Positions 31,059 to 41,283 of a stretch of 64,000 bases of DNA are shown here, piece after piece. The translations under genes and the position numbers were made by a program. The DNA is from Alphaproteobacteria bacterium (GTDB taxonomy: Bacteria; Pseudomonadota; Alphaproteobacteria; MPNO01; UBA830), in contig OZ251539.1 of NCBI GenBank assembly GCA_965243135.1, positions 992,001 to 1,056,000 of the forward strand, given 5' to 3'. Below the pieces are notes generated by a model. That model had not been told where the DNA came from and did not search any database. It was given only the letters and a program-made list of their open reading frames with translations. How positions within the stretch are numbered: position 1 is the first letter of the stretch; the number at the start of each line of letters is the position of its first letter.

Positions 31059-33016
31059 GAACGGCTTTTTCCGAGGGCGCTCTTGACGATCTTGCGGGTG
31101 GGCGTCATCGGCATCCGGTCGACGAATTCCAGCGCCTCCGGCCACTTCATTTTCGCCACTTCGTGTTTCCGCAGCCATTCGCGGACGTCGTCGAGCGTCA
31201 GCGCCGCGCCGGGCGCGAGCTGGACGTAGGCGCATGCGCGTTCGCCGAGCACGGGGTCGGGAACCGGCGCGACGGCGGACATCGCCACCGCCGGATGGCG
31301 ATCGATGAGCGTCTCGATGTCCGTCGGATTTATCTTGACGCCGCCGCGATTGATCAGATCCTTCAACCGTCCGGTGATGCGCACGTCGTCGGGCGCGCGT
31401 CGGACCGCGAGATCGCCGGTGCGGAACCATCCCTCGCCGGCGAAAGCGGCGCGGTTCGCCTCTTCGTTGCCGACATAGCCCGCGATCACCGAACAACCGC
31501 GGATCTCCAGTTCGCCTTCTTCGCCGTCGCCGGCCGGGCCGCCGTCCGTCCGCATTATCCGGATTTCGAAGCCGGGCGTCGGACTCCCGAGACTCTCCCG
31601 GCGCAGGGCCGCGGAGGCTTCGAACGGGGTATGAAGGCCCATGAAGCACTCGCTCATGCCCCACATCTGGCCTACCGCGCCGTTCGGCATCGCGTCGTCG
31701 AGCGCGCGCGCCACTTCCGGCGGACAGGCGGATCCCGAAATCGTCGCGAGCCGCAGCGACGACAGGTCGCGCGACGCAAGCAAGCCGGCGCAGGCGGCGA
31801 CATGAGCGGGCGCCGCGAACAACACCGACGGCTTGCCGCCTTCGATCGCCTCCATCAGCGCCGCCGGCTCGAAAGCCGGCATCAGCAGGGAAGCCGCTCC
31901 CGCCATCAGGCTGAAGTTGAGAACGCAGAGGCCGAAAGCGTGGGTGAACGGCGGCAGGCCCAGCACGACGTCGTCTTGCGCGAGGCGGTAGATCGGGGCT
32001 GCAATGCGGTTGTTGGACAGCATCGTATGGTAATTGTGGACGACCGCCCGCGGCGCGGCCGAGGTGCCGGAGGTGAAGCACAGGATCGCGGGATCGGCCG
32101 CGACCGGCGGGTCGGCGACCGCCGATGCGGATCCGCCGTCGATCAGCGCCTGCAAGGAGACGGCGCCCGGCGGCGGCGCGCCGGTCGCGACGACGACGTG
32201 TTCGAGCGTTTCCACGCGCTCGCGAAGCGACGTCATCGTCGCGGGCGCGTCATAGGATTCCGTGGCGCCGCCGCACAGAACCGCGCGCGCGTTCGCGTGG
32301 CGCAGGAGCGGTTCCATTTCTCCCGCCCGGTACGGCATGTGCATGGTCGAAACCACGGCGCCGATCATCGTGGCGGCGAAATAGAAAAGCGCGAATTCCG
32401 GCGTGTTCGGAAGCTGGACCGCGACGACGTCGCCCTTTCGTATGCCGAGGTCGAGAAGCGCGTTCGCAAGACGGCGGGAGCGGTCGATGACGTCCGACCA
32501 GGAGAGGCTTCGGTCCGCGTGACGGAGCGCTTCGGCGTCGGGCGTCTCCTCCGCGCGCGCCTCCAGCCAGGAACTGACGGTGTCGGCCGTCCAGCTTCCG
32601 TCGCGCAGGTAACGCGCCGACAGCTTCGGATCGAAAGACAGCGCGTTCCGCAGCGCCATCGCTTCGTCGCTGAAGGCGAAGCGTTCCTCGTGCGGGACGA
32701 AGCGCTCGGCGCGGAAACGGCGTCCGCCGCCGAGTTCGTACAAGCGGTGATAATGATGCCGCCGGTACCGGCGGTGTTCGGTCATGACGCGGATGAAGGT
32801 GACCTGATCGCGCGTCAGGCCGAGCTTGCGGGCGATTTCCGGATCCGACAGTCCGGTTCCTTCGCGCTGCCGCTCGATCTCGTCCCAGTCCAGTTCCCGA
32901 ACCGGATCGCCGCGCCGAACCTGGTAGTTGTGGCTGAGTTCGAAGACGATGTCGCCCCACGCGCGGAGCATCGCTTCCGTCACGCCGGTCTGACGCCGGT
33001 CGAGGCCTCTGGTCAT
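31055..33016 (-). CDS. acyl/aryl-CoA ligase (AMP-binding) with an extra N-terminal HTH-like domain
   Basis: FTSGTSAAPR, WGMSE, GWFRTGDL, GRLKDLINRGG, PMTPTRKIVK; about 120-aa N-terminal extension containing GLSDPEIARKLGLTRDQV. Confidence 0.88.
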   Translation of the reverse strand: MTRGLDRRQTGVTEAMLRAWGDIVFELSHNYQVRRGDPVRELDWDEIERQREGTGLSDPEIARKLGLTRDQVTFIRVMTEHRRYRRHHYHRLYELGGGRRFRAERFVPHEERFAFSDEAMALRNALSFDPKLSARYLRDGSWTADTVSSWLEARAEETPDAEALRHADRSLSWSDVIDRSRRLANALLDLGIRKGDVVAVQLPNTPEFALFYFAATMIGAVVSTMHMPYRAGEMEPLLRHANARAVLCGGATESYDAPATMTSLRERVETLEHVVVATGAPPPGAVSLQALIDGGSASAVADPPVAADPAILCFTSGTSAAPRAVVHNYHTMLSNNRIAAPIYRLAQDDVVLGLPPFTHAFGLCVLNFSLMAGAASLLMPAFEPAALMEAIEGGKPSVLFAAPAHVAACAGLLASRDLSSLRLATISGSACPPEVARALDDAMPNGAVGQMWGMSECFMGLHTPFEASAALRRESLGSPTPGFEIRIMRTDGGPAGDGEEGELEIRGCSVIAGYVGNEEANRAAFAGEGWFRTGDLAVRRAPDDVRITGRLKDLINRGGVKINPTDIETLIDRHPAVAMSAVAPVPDPVLGERACAYVQLAPGAALTLDDVREWLRKHEVAKMKWPEALEFVDRMPMTPTRKIVKSALGKSRS

Positions 33017-33906
33017 TCCTGGGTTCGCGCCTCGCGCCGCCGTATGGGATCGGCCAGCGGCGCCCTGGTCGCGATCGGGCAGACGCGCATGCATTCGAAG
33101 CACTGGGCCAGCAGCCCGCCGGAGCCGACCGACATCTTGTACCAGAGGATCTTGTTGTCGGGGCCGTACATCAGGTCTTCCCGTTCCGCTTCGTCGTCGG
33201 CGCGGAGCATCTCGGAAAAGACGTCCGGCACGGCCTCGTATTGCTGGGTCATGTCGGCGCAGGCGGCCATGTCGTATCGCATTTCGCGTTGCCGGCCCTC
33301 TTCGTCGATGTCGCCGGACAGGCACTGGACCGGGCAGAACTTCATGCACGGGGTCTGGCCGACCTTGCGGAACAGCTCCACGCAGGAAGGCGCGGGGCAG
33401 GGATTCTCCTCCATCGGCCGGTCCGGCGGAAGCTCGAGTTCCGTGAAGACCGAGGCGAAGTACATGTAGCCGAACTCCGGATGCAGGAGGATGTCGCCGG
33501 CCAGCGACCGGGCGCCGATGCCGGCGACCTCGGCGTGCAGCTTGAGGCTCTGGAACGGCGTGCGGGGACCGGCCTCCGGGTCCATGTCGGGCGGACAGTA
33601 GATGGCGCGCTTTCCGTAGGCGTTCTCGATGAAGAACGCGCAGCCATAGGCCACCGTGTAGGCGCGGGTTTCCGTCGACCCGAAATACCCCAGCGCCTTC
33701 GCCGGAACGCTCCACGCGCCCTGGGTCTGCCCGCCGACGCCGAGCGCGATGATCGACCGCGCTCGCGGCCACAGGTCGCTGGGCCGGTGGCCTTCCGGCG
33801 CAATGCGTTCGACGACGTCGATATCCGCGACTCCAGCGGCCAGCGCTCCCTTTCGCAGGCAATAGGCGAGAATTTCTTCCTTAGCCCGTTCCGACACCAC
33901 CGTCAT
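33013..33906 (-). CDS. QueG/reductive-dehalogenase-like Fe-S (probably cobalamin-binding) oxidoreductase
   Basis: AEVAGIG..SLAGDILLHPEFG, VFTELELPPDRP, Cys clusters C-x4-C-x11-C-x3-CP and CFECMRVCP. Confidence 0.78.
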   Translation of the reverse strand: MTVVSERAKEEILAYCLRKGALAAGVADIDVVERIAPEGHRPSDLWPRARSIIALGVGGQTQGAWSVPAKALGYFGSTETRAYTVAYGCAFFIENAYGKRAIYCPPDMDPEAGPRTPFQSLKLHAEVAGIGARSLAGDILLHPEFGYMYFASVFTELELPPDRPMEENPCPAPSCVELFRKVGQTPCMKFCPVQCLSGDIDEEGRQREMRYDMAACADMTQQYEAVPDVFSEMLRADDEAEREDLMYGPDNKILWYKMSVGSGGLLAQCFECMRVCPIATRAPLADPIRRREARTQE

Positions 33907-34575
33907 GGTCCGCCATCCTTTCCATGCGTCCGCCGCTTTCTGTGTAACGCAAGCGCGCCGAACGGGCAATTTTCGGTTGCGGGCGGCGTTCGCCCGAAAG
34001 CCGCGGTCGCGGCAAGTTCGGAAGACCGCTTCGGCGGGGAAGGCCGCATGTTCGCTCCCGGCCGCTTCGGTCGCTCCGAACGACCGGCGCGGCGTCGGCC
34101 TTCGATCTCGAACGCGCCGGGCGCCAAGCCGGCGATTACGGTCGCGTCGTCCGCATCGACCTGAAAAAGCGGGACAGGCGAATCTTCGCGCCGACCCCGT
34201 GGGGGCAGTTCCTTATCGTGGCTGCAACCACCGCTCCGCCACGGGACCGCGGTCGCGTCGCTTGCCGCACGGAGAGACGCTACGTTCGCTGCATGAAACG
34301 CCTGCGGCTCTGCCTGACCGCGGAGACGGCGCTCGGCCGCTCGCGGCGCGAGGCGGTCGCCTTGGCGAGCTGCGCAACGAGGCGTTTGCGCTGCGCCGTT
34401 TTTCGTCGGCTGCCCGTCCGTCCTGGGGCAGTTGGCAGCGTGAATTTCCGCGCCGCTTGCAGCGCCGAAGCCGGGGGAAAGCCGGGCAACTTCCGCGCTC
34501 CGGAACTCAAGAGCGCAGCGAGCGGCAGCCGCGAGAGGGCTGGCCGGCGAACCCCGGCGCCGAAGCGGGGCGCCG

Positions 34576-35037
34576 CTATTCCACCGTCTCGGCCGTGGTC
34601 TCGGCCGGCGGCTCCTTCCGGTGTTCGACAAAAGTCTCGAGCAGGTCGAACTTGCCCTCGACGCGCGCCACGCGCTCGCTCAACTCCCGGAATTGCTCGT
34701 TCATCTGCCGGAATTGCTCGTTCATCTGATCGGTCAATTGCCGGAACCGTTTGTTGGTCTCTTCGTTCTGTTGCCGGAACCGTTCGTTCATCTGATCGGT
34801 CAGCTGCCGGAACCGTTCGTTGGTCTGATCGGTCAGCTGCCGGTATTGCTCGTTGATCTGCCCGAACAGGTCGTCCGTCCGCCGGTCCCGTTCGTCCATG
34901 CGCAGGGCGAGGCCGTCGATCCGGCGGTCCAGCCGGCGGCCCTGCTGAAGAACCAGCCTGATAACGGCAATGCCGCCGCCAAGCATGGTAGCGCCGACGC
35001 CAAGAATGGCAATGAGTTCGGAAGAGAACTGTTCCAT
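34576..35037 (-). CDS. small membrane-anchored coiled-coil protein with 11-aa repeats
   Basis: N-terminal TM (ELIAILGVGATMLGGGIAVI), QLTDQ(M/T)NERFR repeats, ERVARVEG tail. Confidence 0.8.
   Translation of the reverse strand: MEQFSSELIAILGVGATMLGGGIAVIRLVLQQGRRLDRRIDGLALRMDERDRRTDDLFGQINEQYRQLTDQTNERFRQLTDQMNERFRQQNEETNKRFRQLTDQMNEQFRQMNEQFRELSERVARVEGKFDLLETFVEHRKEPPAETTAETVE
34687..34860 (-). repeat. 33-bp tandem coding repeats (plus one 21-bp unit)
   Basis: CCGG-anchored units start at 34687, 34708, 34741, 34774, 34807 and 34840. Confidence 0.88.
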
Positions 35038-35849
35038 AAGGTACCCCTGCGAATTCGGTAGGACGAACGTATGCGAAACGTTCGCGCCGTGCAACATTCC
35101 TGTCGGCTGCGGTCCGGCCGCCGGCGCGAATTTCCGCGCCGGCCCCGCGCGAGAATCCCGCAGCCCGACAAACCGCTCCGTGGGCTCGGCTGAACTCGCC
35201 TTCGCGCCAAGCGCTTCGCCGCGCTCGACGCCAGCGCATGTTCGGCCAGAGCCGCCCGCGTCGCAGGACACCACGTTCAGGCAACGACCGCAGCGGCAAG
35301 AAGTCCGCTCCGGCGGTTCGCTACTTTCGAGCCGGCGGGCAGGACCCTCGAACGGGCTCGGCGCGGCCCTGCCCAAGTGACCCTCCCTCGAGCTCCCGTC
35401 ACGCTCCGGCCAGAACCTCGCTTTCGCCGCCGCGCCGACAATGTCGGAACGTGCGCGGCGTTTCTCGCCGTCCGGCGCAAAGGTTGCGAGAACGACAGGT
35501 TTCACCGCGCTCGCTCCGTTGCGCCCGTCGACCGTCAGTCGCCCTGCGAACTCCGCCCTGCCGCACGGCCGTCCCCAAAGCCCGCGCCTTTCGGCGCACG
35601 AGTTCGTCCCTTCAAATATGCCTGTTTTTCAAGATGTTACGAACAACGCGAGATTTTCGCGATAGACCGCGGCGATCGTTCGCCCGCCCTTTTCTCCCGC
35701 TGCGGCCGGGCCGTCCGGATCGAGCCGAGGGGCGCCGAGCGGAGGGCAGCAGACAAAGGTTGCGGCAGCGCAAACGCCTCTCTTGAAACTCAAGTTGCAA
35801 CTGTATACGGTCTACGGACTGTCGTTATGGGGTTTTGTTTCGCAGTCTT

Positions 35850-35879
35850 TTGCGTAGTTTTAACTTCGTTACGGATAAT
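35850..35879 (+). promoter_or_regulatory. putative sigma70 promoter of the autotransporter
   Basis: TTGCGT-N18-GATAAT in an AT-rich patch about 60 bp upstream of ATG 35938 and its AAGAGG RBS. Confidence 0.35.
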
Positions 35880-35937
35880 GCGAATCGGGACCTCCATCCA
35901 TTGGGGTGAGTTTTCTGGACCAAACCAAGAGGTTGTC

Positions 35938-38900
35938 ATGATGAGACTTTGTCGCACACAGTTGATCGGTAGTTCTCCCCCCCCCCCCCCCATAATCTGA
36001 AGCGAGGCTTCATCGCGCTGGGCGGGGCCGCGGCTTTTCTGCTGGCTTTTCCGGCCCCGTCCTTTGCGCAGGACTGCGGCAGCGCCGTTCGAGGCAGCTA
36101 CAATAGCGAAACCGGAGTTTTCTCCGCCGGAACGTCCGCTACGGACGTCGACTACAGGGTGCCTTGCACGGAGGACGACGGAGACTCCGTGATCACGCTG
36201 CCGACGGGTCTTTCGCTGCCGAACGCCGTTTCCGACTCGTACGTGGTGATCGAGGTCGCCGGGTCGGGAAGCGTTCGCAATTTTCAGCCCGGCGCCTGGA
36301 AATACGTCGTGAAGACTCCCGACGACTTCCGGACGGAAAACACGAACGACGCCCTCGGGCACGGCCTGTACTTCCGTAGCGGGAGCGGCGACGTGCGCGT
36401 CGAGCTGCGCGGCGCGGCGACCACCCGCGGAGCGGGCGCGACCGGCATGCGGGTGCGGGTCGACGGCAGCGGCAAGGCGACAGCGGTCAACATGGGAACG
36501 ATCGCCACCCATGGCGACACGCACACTTCCAGCGCGGTCGGCACGTTCATCCTGCCGGCCTACGGCGTCTTCGCGCAAGCGGCGCAGGGCGACGCCGAAG
36601 CGGTGAACCGCGGCGAGATCTCGACGGGCGGCGACGGAGCGAGAGGCATCTTCGCAACGGCCCGCGGGTCGGCGGTGGCGACCAATCACGGGAGGATCAC
36701 GGTTTCCGGTTCTCCGCATGTCTCCGGCTCGGAATACCGGTCTCCGCACGGCATTTTCGCTTGGGGCGGGACGGCGGAGGCCGCCAATTTCGGGACGGTC
36801 GAAACGCGGGGCGACCGGGGACGCGGCGTCTACGCGCGCGGGAGCGTCGCGACGGCGACCAATCGCGGCACGATCGTCACCCGCGGCAATCGCGCGGGCG
36901 TGGAAGGAAATTTCCTCTCGGCAATGGGAGTGGCCGCCCAATCGGGCGGCGACGCGACGGCCGTGAATGCCGAGGGCGCCGCGGTGGACACCTACGGCAC
37001 GAATGCCGACGCCCTGTTCGTCCGGTCGGGTACCGGAGACGCGAACGCCGTGAACGCGGGCGCGCTGCGCACGCACAATACGGTATCGGATCCCGCCAAC
37101 AGGCTCGCGCTCGCCGCCGAAGGCATCTACGCGCGTTCGGACAGCGGCAACGTCACGGTCGTGAACGAGGCGACGGGGTCCGTGCGGACGGCGGGCCCGC
37201 GGACATGGGGCATCCACGCGAGAACGTCCGGCGACGGCGCGGACGCTTCCGCAACGGTGACGGTGACGAACCGGGGCAGCGTGGAGACCCGGGGATGGAA
37301 CTCGGACGGCGTCGTGGCGGCAGCGTATCACGGAGGCAGCGAAGCCAACCCCAACGCCGTCAGGACGATCAACGCCGGAGCCGTCAGGACGCAGGGCGAC
37401 ATGGCCAGCGGCATTATCGCCGCCGTGGACGTCCGCGACCGCGGAACTTCTTTCGGCTCCGCGCGGGCGGAGAACGCCGGCACGATCTCGACCTCCGGCG
37501 GGCCCGGCGACGGAACGAACCCGACGGAAACCGCGTCCGGGGTGGTCGCCGCCTTTTTCAGCACGTCGGACGACGCGATCTCCGACGCCGGAGACGCGAC
37601 CGCGGTCAACAGCGGCACGGTGACCGTCGCCGGCGCGGGCGCGGCCGGACTCGTCGCCCGGACCTACGGGACCGGCGCGGCGACGGTGGAAAATTCCGAG
37701 GGCGGCACGGTGGACACTCGCGGCAAGAATGCCGACGCCATGTACGCCCGGTCGGACGCCGGAGCCGTGAACGCCGTGAACGCGGGCGCGCTTCGCACCC
37801 ACAACACGGTATCGGATCCCGCCAACAGGCTCGCGGACGCTTCCGAAGGCATCTACGCGCGTTCCGAACGCGGCAGCGTCACGGTCGTGAACGAGGCGAC
37901 GGGATCCGTGCGGACGGCGGGCCCGAGAACATGGGGCATCCATGCGAGAACGAACGGCGACGGCGCGGACGCTTCCGCAACGGTGACGGTCACGAACCGG
38001 GGCAGCGTGGAGACCCAAGGGTCGAACGCGGACGGCGTCGTGGCGGCAGCGTATCACGGCGGCAGCGAAGCCAACCCCAACGCCGTCACGACGACCAGTG
38101 CCGGACTCGTCAGGACGCAGGGCGACATGGCCAGCGGCATCATCGCCGCGGTGGACGTCCGCGACCGCGGAACCTCCTTCGGCTCCGCGCGGGCGGAGAA
38201 CGCCGGCACGATCTCGACGTCCGGCGGACCCGGCGACGGAACGGATCCGACGCAGACCGCGTCCGGAGTGGTCGCCGCCTTTTTCAGCACGTCGGACGAC
38301 GCGATCTCCGACGCCGGAGACGCGACCGCGGTCAACAGCGGCACGGTGACCGTCGCCGGCGCGGGCGCGGCCGGACTCGTCGCCCGGACCTACGGGTCCG
38401 GCGCGGCGACGGTGGAAATGAACGGCGGCGCCGTCGTCGCCTCTTCCGCGGACGACCCCGCGACGACGGCCGACGAGGGCGGCATCGGCATATGGGCCGC
38501 CACGGGCGCGTCCGGCAGGGCTTCGGTGACGGTCGGAAACGCGGCTGTCGTCCGGGCGCCGGTTGCGGCGCGGCTCGAAGGCGGCTCCACGAGGCTCGAC
38601 CTTTCTTCCGGCTGGCTCGTCGGCGACGTGCGCTTCGGGAGCGGCGACAACACCCTGAACGTCAGGCAATCAGGCGTCATCGTCGGCGACGTGGCGTTCG
38701 GGGACGGAGAGGACGCGTTGATACTCGACATCTCCTCGGCTGAGGGGATCGGCAGCGTTGCAGGATCGGTCACCGGACTTGAGAACATGATCAAGCGTGG
38801 TTCCGGCGTCGCGCGCGTGCGCGACGTGACTTTCTCCGGCTCCCGGCTTGCGGTCGAGGACGGCATGTTGTCGGTTCGCGGCCATCTCGACCTGGGCGGC

Positions 38901-40283
38901 GACGGCGCCGTCACGATCGAAAACGCCGGCAGGCTGCAGGTGGAGGTCGGCGACCTTGCCGGCAATCCCCAAGACCACGGACGGATCACGGCTGGAAACG
39001 GGGTCCACTTCGAGGAGGGCGCCGAACGGACTGTCCGGGTGGCGCATGCTCCGGATCGCTCCGCCGCGCAGAGGACCGCTTCCGAACAAGTCCTCCAGAC
39101 CGCCGGGATCGCAATCCTCGTCGACGGAACCCCTGCCGTCGATGGACGGAATGAACAGTCGATTGGGGATCTGACCTTGACGACAGAAACGCCCGAAGGG
39201 ACGGTGAACACGGTCGGCAACGTCTCTGTAGACGGTGTAGCCCAGATCAACCCGGGCGCGGAGTTGCCGACCGCCCGGAAGGAGGCCTCTCCACCCGGTG
39301 AACAGAAACCGGAAGCGGACGCGCCTGAGGCTGCCGTGCCCGCCGTGAAGCGCAAAGACCGCAGGGATCGCCGTTTCCTGATCGGGGGAGGAGGGCTGTT
39401 CGCCCTGCTGATGTTCGCTTTCGACCCGTTCCACATGGTGGAGGCGGGCGGTTCGAGCGCCGCGGTCCAGCCGGCGGACGGCCGCGAGGGCGTCGAGGCG
39501 CGCGCGTTCACCGCGGACGCACGGGTGGCGGGGGGAACGATGCGCGGCGTGACGCTGGGCGTCGCTTCGCGGCTCGGCGGCGGTCTCCATCTCGGAGTGT
39601 CGGCGACGCCCGCCCTTGCGGCGACGGCCGATTCCGGGGAGGCGCTGGAAGGGGGCCGGTTCGGGCTTCAGGGCCGCTGGCGGTCGGGCATCCTGGATAT
39701 GGGGGCCAGCCTGTCTCACGGAACCTACGACGCCCGGTCGAAGTCCGCCAACCTCGAAGGGCTGGACAACCCGGAAGGCGTGTACGGACTGCGCCACGGC
39801 CATGCGCAGATGCGCCTGGGCGCCCGCGTCGCCGCCGCCGGAATCGACGTCGCCCCCTCGCTGTCGCTGTTCGGCGGCCGCCTGGAGCAGACGGCGCACA
39901 CGGCGCGGTCCGCGGCTCTGCGCGCCGAAGTGCCGGCGCTGACCCGGCGCTACGGCGGCTGGAAGGCGCGGCTCGACCTCGGGCCGCAGGACTGGCTGCA
40001 GGCCGGCCCTGTCCGGTGGCGCCCGCGGCTGGGCCTCGCCGCGGCGCGGATCTCCACCGACGCTCCGGACGGGCTCCGGGTGCGCCAGTCCGACGCCGCC
40101 GGCGCGTTGAGCTTCACGACGCCGGCGCAGGCGGAAGCGCTGCCGCGGAGGATGCACGCGCTCGCCCTGTCGGCGTTCGCCCGCGGCGAAACCTGGAAAC
40201 TGGATGGCGGCTACGTGGCGGCGATGGTGGCGGACGGCGAGCCGGTCCATGCAGTTGCGGCGCGGCTGCGCATCGACTTCTGA
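35938..40283 (+). CDS. autotransporter-type surface protein/adhesin, frameshifted at a poly-C tract in the signal peptide
   Basis: RBS and ATG at 35938; after the C15 tract an alternative frame encodes HNLKRGFIALGGAAAFLLAFPAPSFA-QD and runs unbroken into ORF 36159..40283; Gly/Ala/Thr-rich beta-helix-like repeats (NxGxIxTxG), IKRGSGV motif, C-terminal beta-strands ending RLRIDF. Confidence 0.85.
35977..35991 (+). repeat. C15 homopolymer (candidate slipped-strand switch)
   Basis: 15 consecutive C residues following codon 13 of the autotransporter leader. Confidence 0.9.
36964..38418 (+). repeat. 726-bp (242-aa) tandem duplication in the autotransporter passenger
   Basis: AACGCCGTGAACGCGGGCGCG at 37044 and 37770; shadow ORFs 37328..37618 and 38054..38344 are offset by exactly 726 bp. 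Confidence 0.92.
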
Positions 40284-40289
40284 CCGTCT

Positions 40290-40325
40290 CCGCCCGCCTC
40301 CTTTCCCCCGCAGGGAGGCGGGCGG
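40290..40325 (+). terminator. GC-rich hairpin after the autotransporter stop
   Basis: 12-bp stem CCGCCCGCCTCC/GGAGGCGGGCGG; no canonical U-tract. Confidence 0.4.
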
Positions 40326-41283
40326 CGCGCCGAAAAAGCTGAAGGCGGTCGCCCCAAGCCTCCCGGATTCGCCCTCCTGCTCCGGCATGACGATGTCTCA
40401 AGGCGTACGGAATCTTGGGAACCGGAACGATAATATTGCCGCGAACCATGGCCTGGACGATTTGCGCCCCTGCAACGGGTCACGCGTTCTGCGGAGCGAC
40501 GCCTCGGTTTTCGCGTCGCGGATCGACCTGCAGGTTGCTGACGGCGCGAACGGCCCGGCTGGCTGCCGGGTTTTGCGCAAGGTAGGCGCGATCCGGGAGC
40601 CTTTCGTCGGAGGCGGCGCGGACGCAACGCCTTGGGACGGCGGTCGCGCAGCGGCTTCGCGGAAGCCGGTCGTTGCGCCGACGGCATCAAATTTTCCCGT
40701 TCTTCCTCGGTCGTTGCGCTCGTACCACGCTCGTAGCATCATGGCGGACGGGCGAACGGGAGAAAACCGGGGAATGGCTTGGGAGAACGGCGGGACTTGA
40801 CGCGGGCAGGAATTTCGTGCGAAATGCCAAGGTCATTTCAAGTTTAAAGAGAAACATGCCGAAATTGGTAGTGGAATACCTGTTTGCGTCGAGACGTTGC
40901 GAAGCGGTCAGATGGTACGGATGGTAAGGTCATTATGGGGAGTTCACGGTGTCTAGGGGTTCACCGGCTGCGAAGTTTGCCAAGCAGATCCGAAAGGCCG
41001 TGGCCATCCTCTGCCCAATGATGATCGGTCGTGACTGGCTGGCAGCGCTGATCGTACAATCCCAGAAACCCACCAGCTGAAGGTGGCGCCCGTGGCACGA
41101 TTTTGGAAGATGTTCTCCGACCCGAACTGGAAGAAGAGCTGATGTGGAGTGCAGAAGCGAGGGCATCGACGCGAAGCGTGACGTCCGCGTTTCGCGGTTC
41201 GGAACGGGATAACGCGATGCCGCCAGCCAAAAAGCACCAGAAATGAATACTTTCCTTCCGATTTGATTATGGGATGATGATTT

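Noticed and set aside
33907-34575. Possible cobalamin riboswitch upstream of the QueG/RdhA-like gene (minus-strand GGAACTGCCCCC near 34201-34212)
   Set aside because: The following GCAACTGT, the upstream GGGAA/GGTG elements and the B12 box are not visible; an Rfam scan would settle it
34687-34860. Regularly spaced ~33-bp repeats resembling a mini CRISPR array
   Set aside because: Units are contiguous with no unique spacers, are multiples of 3 and encode a coiled coil; no cas genes are present
35038-35780. Long GC-rich non-coding stretch as a possible ncRNA or MITE
   Set aside because: No terminal inverted repeats, no second copy in the window and no recognisable RNA family motif
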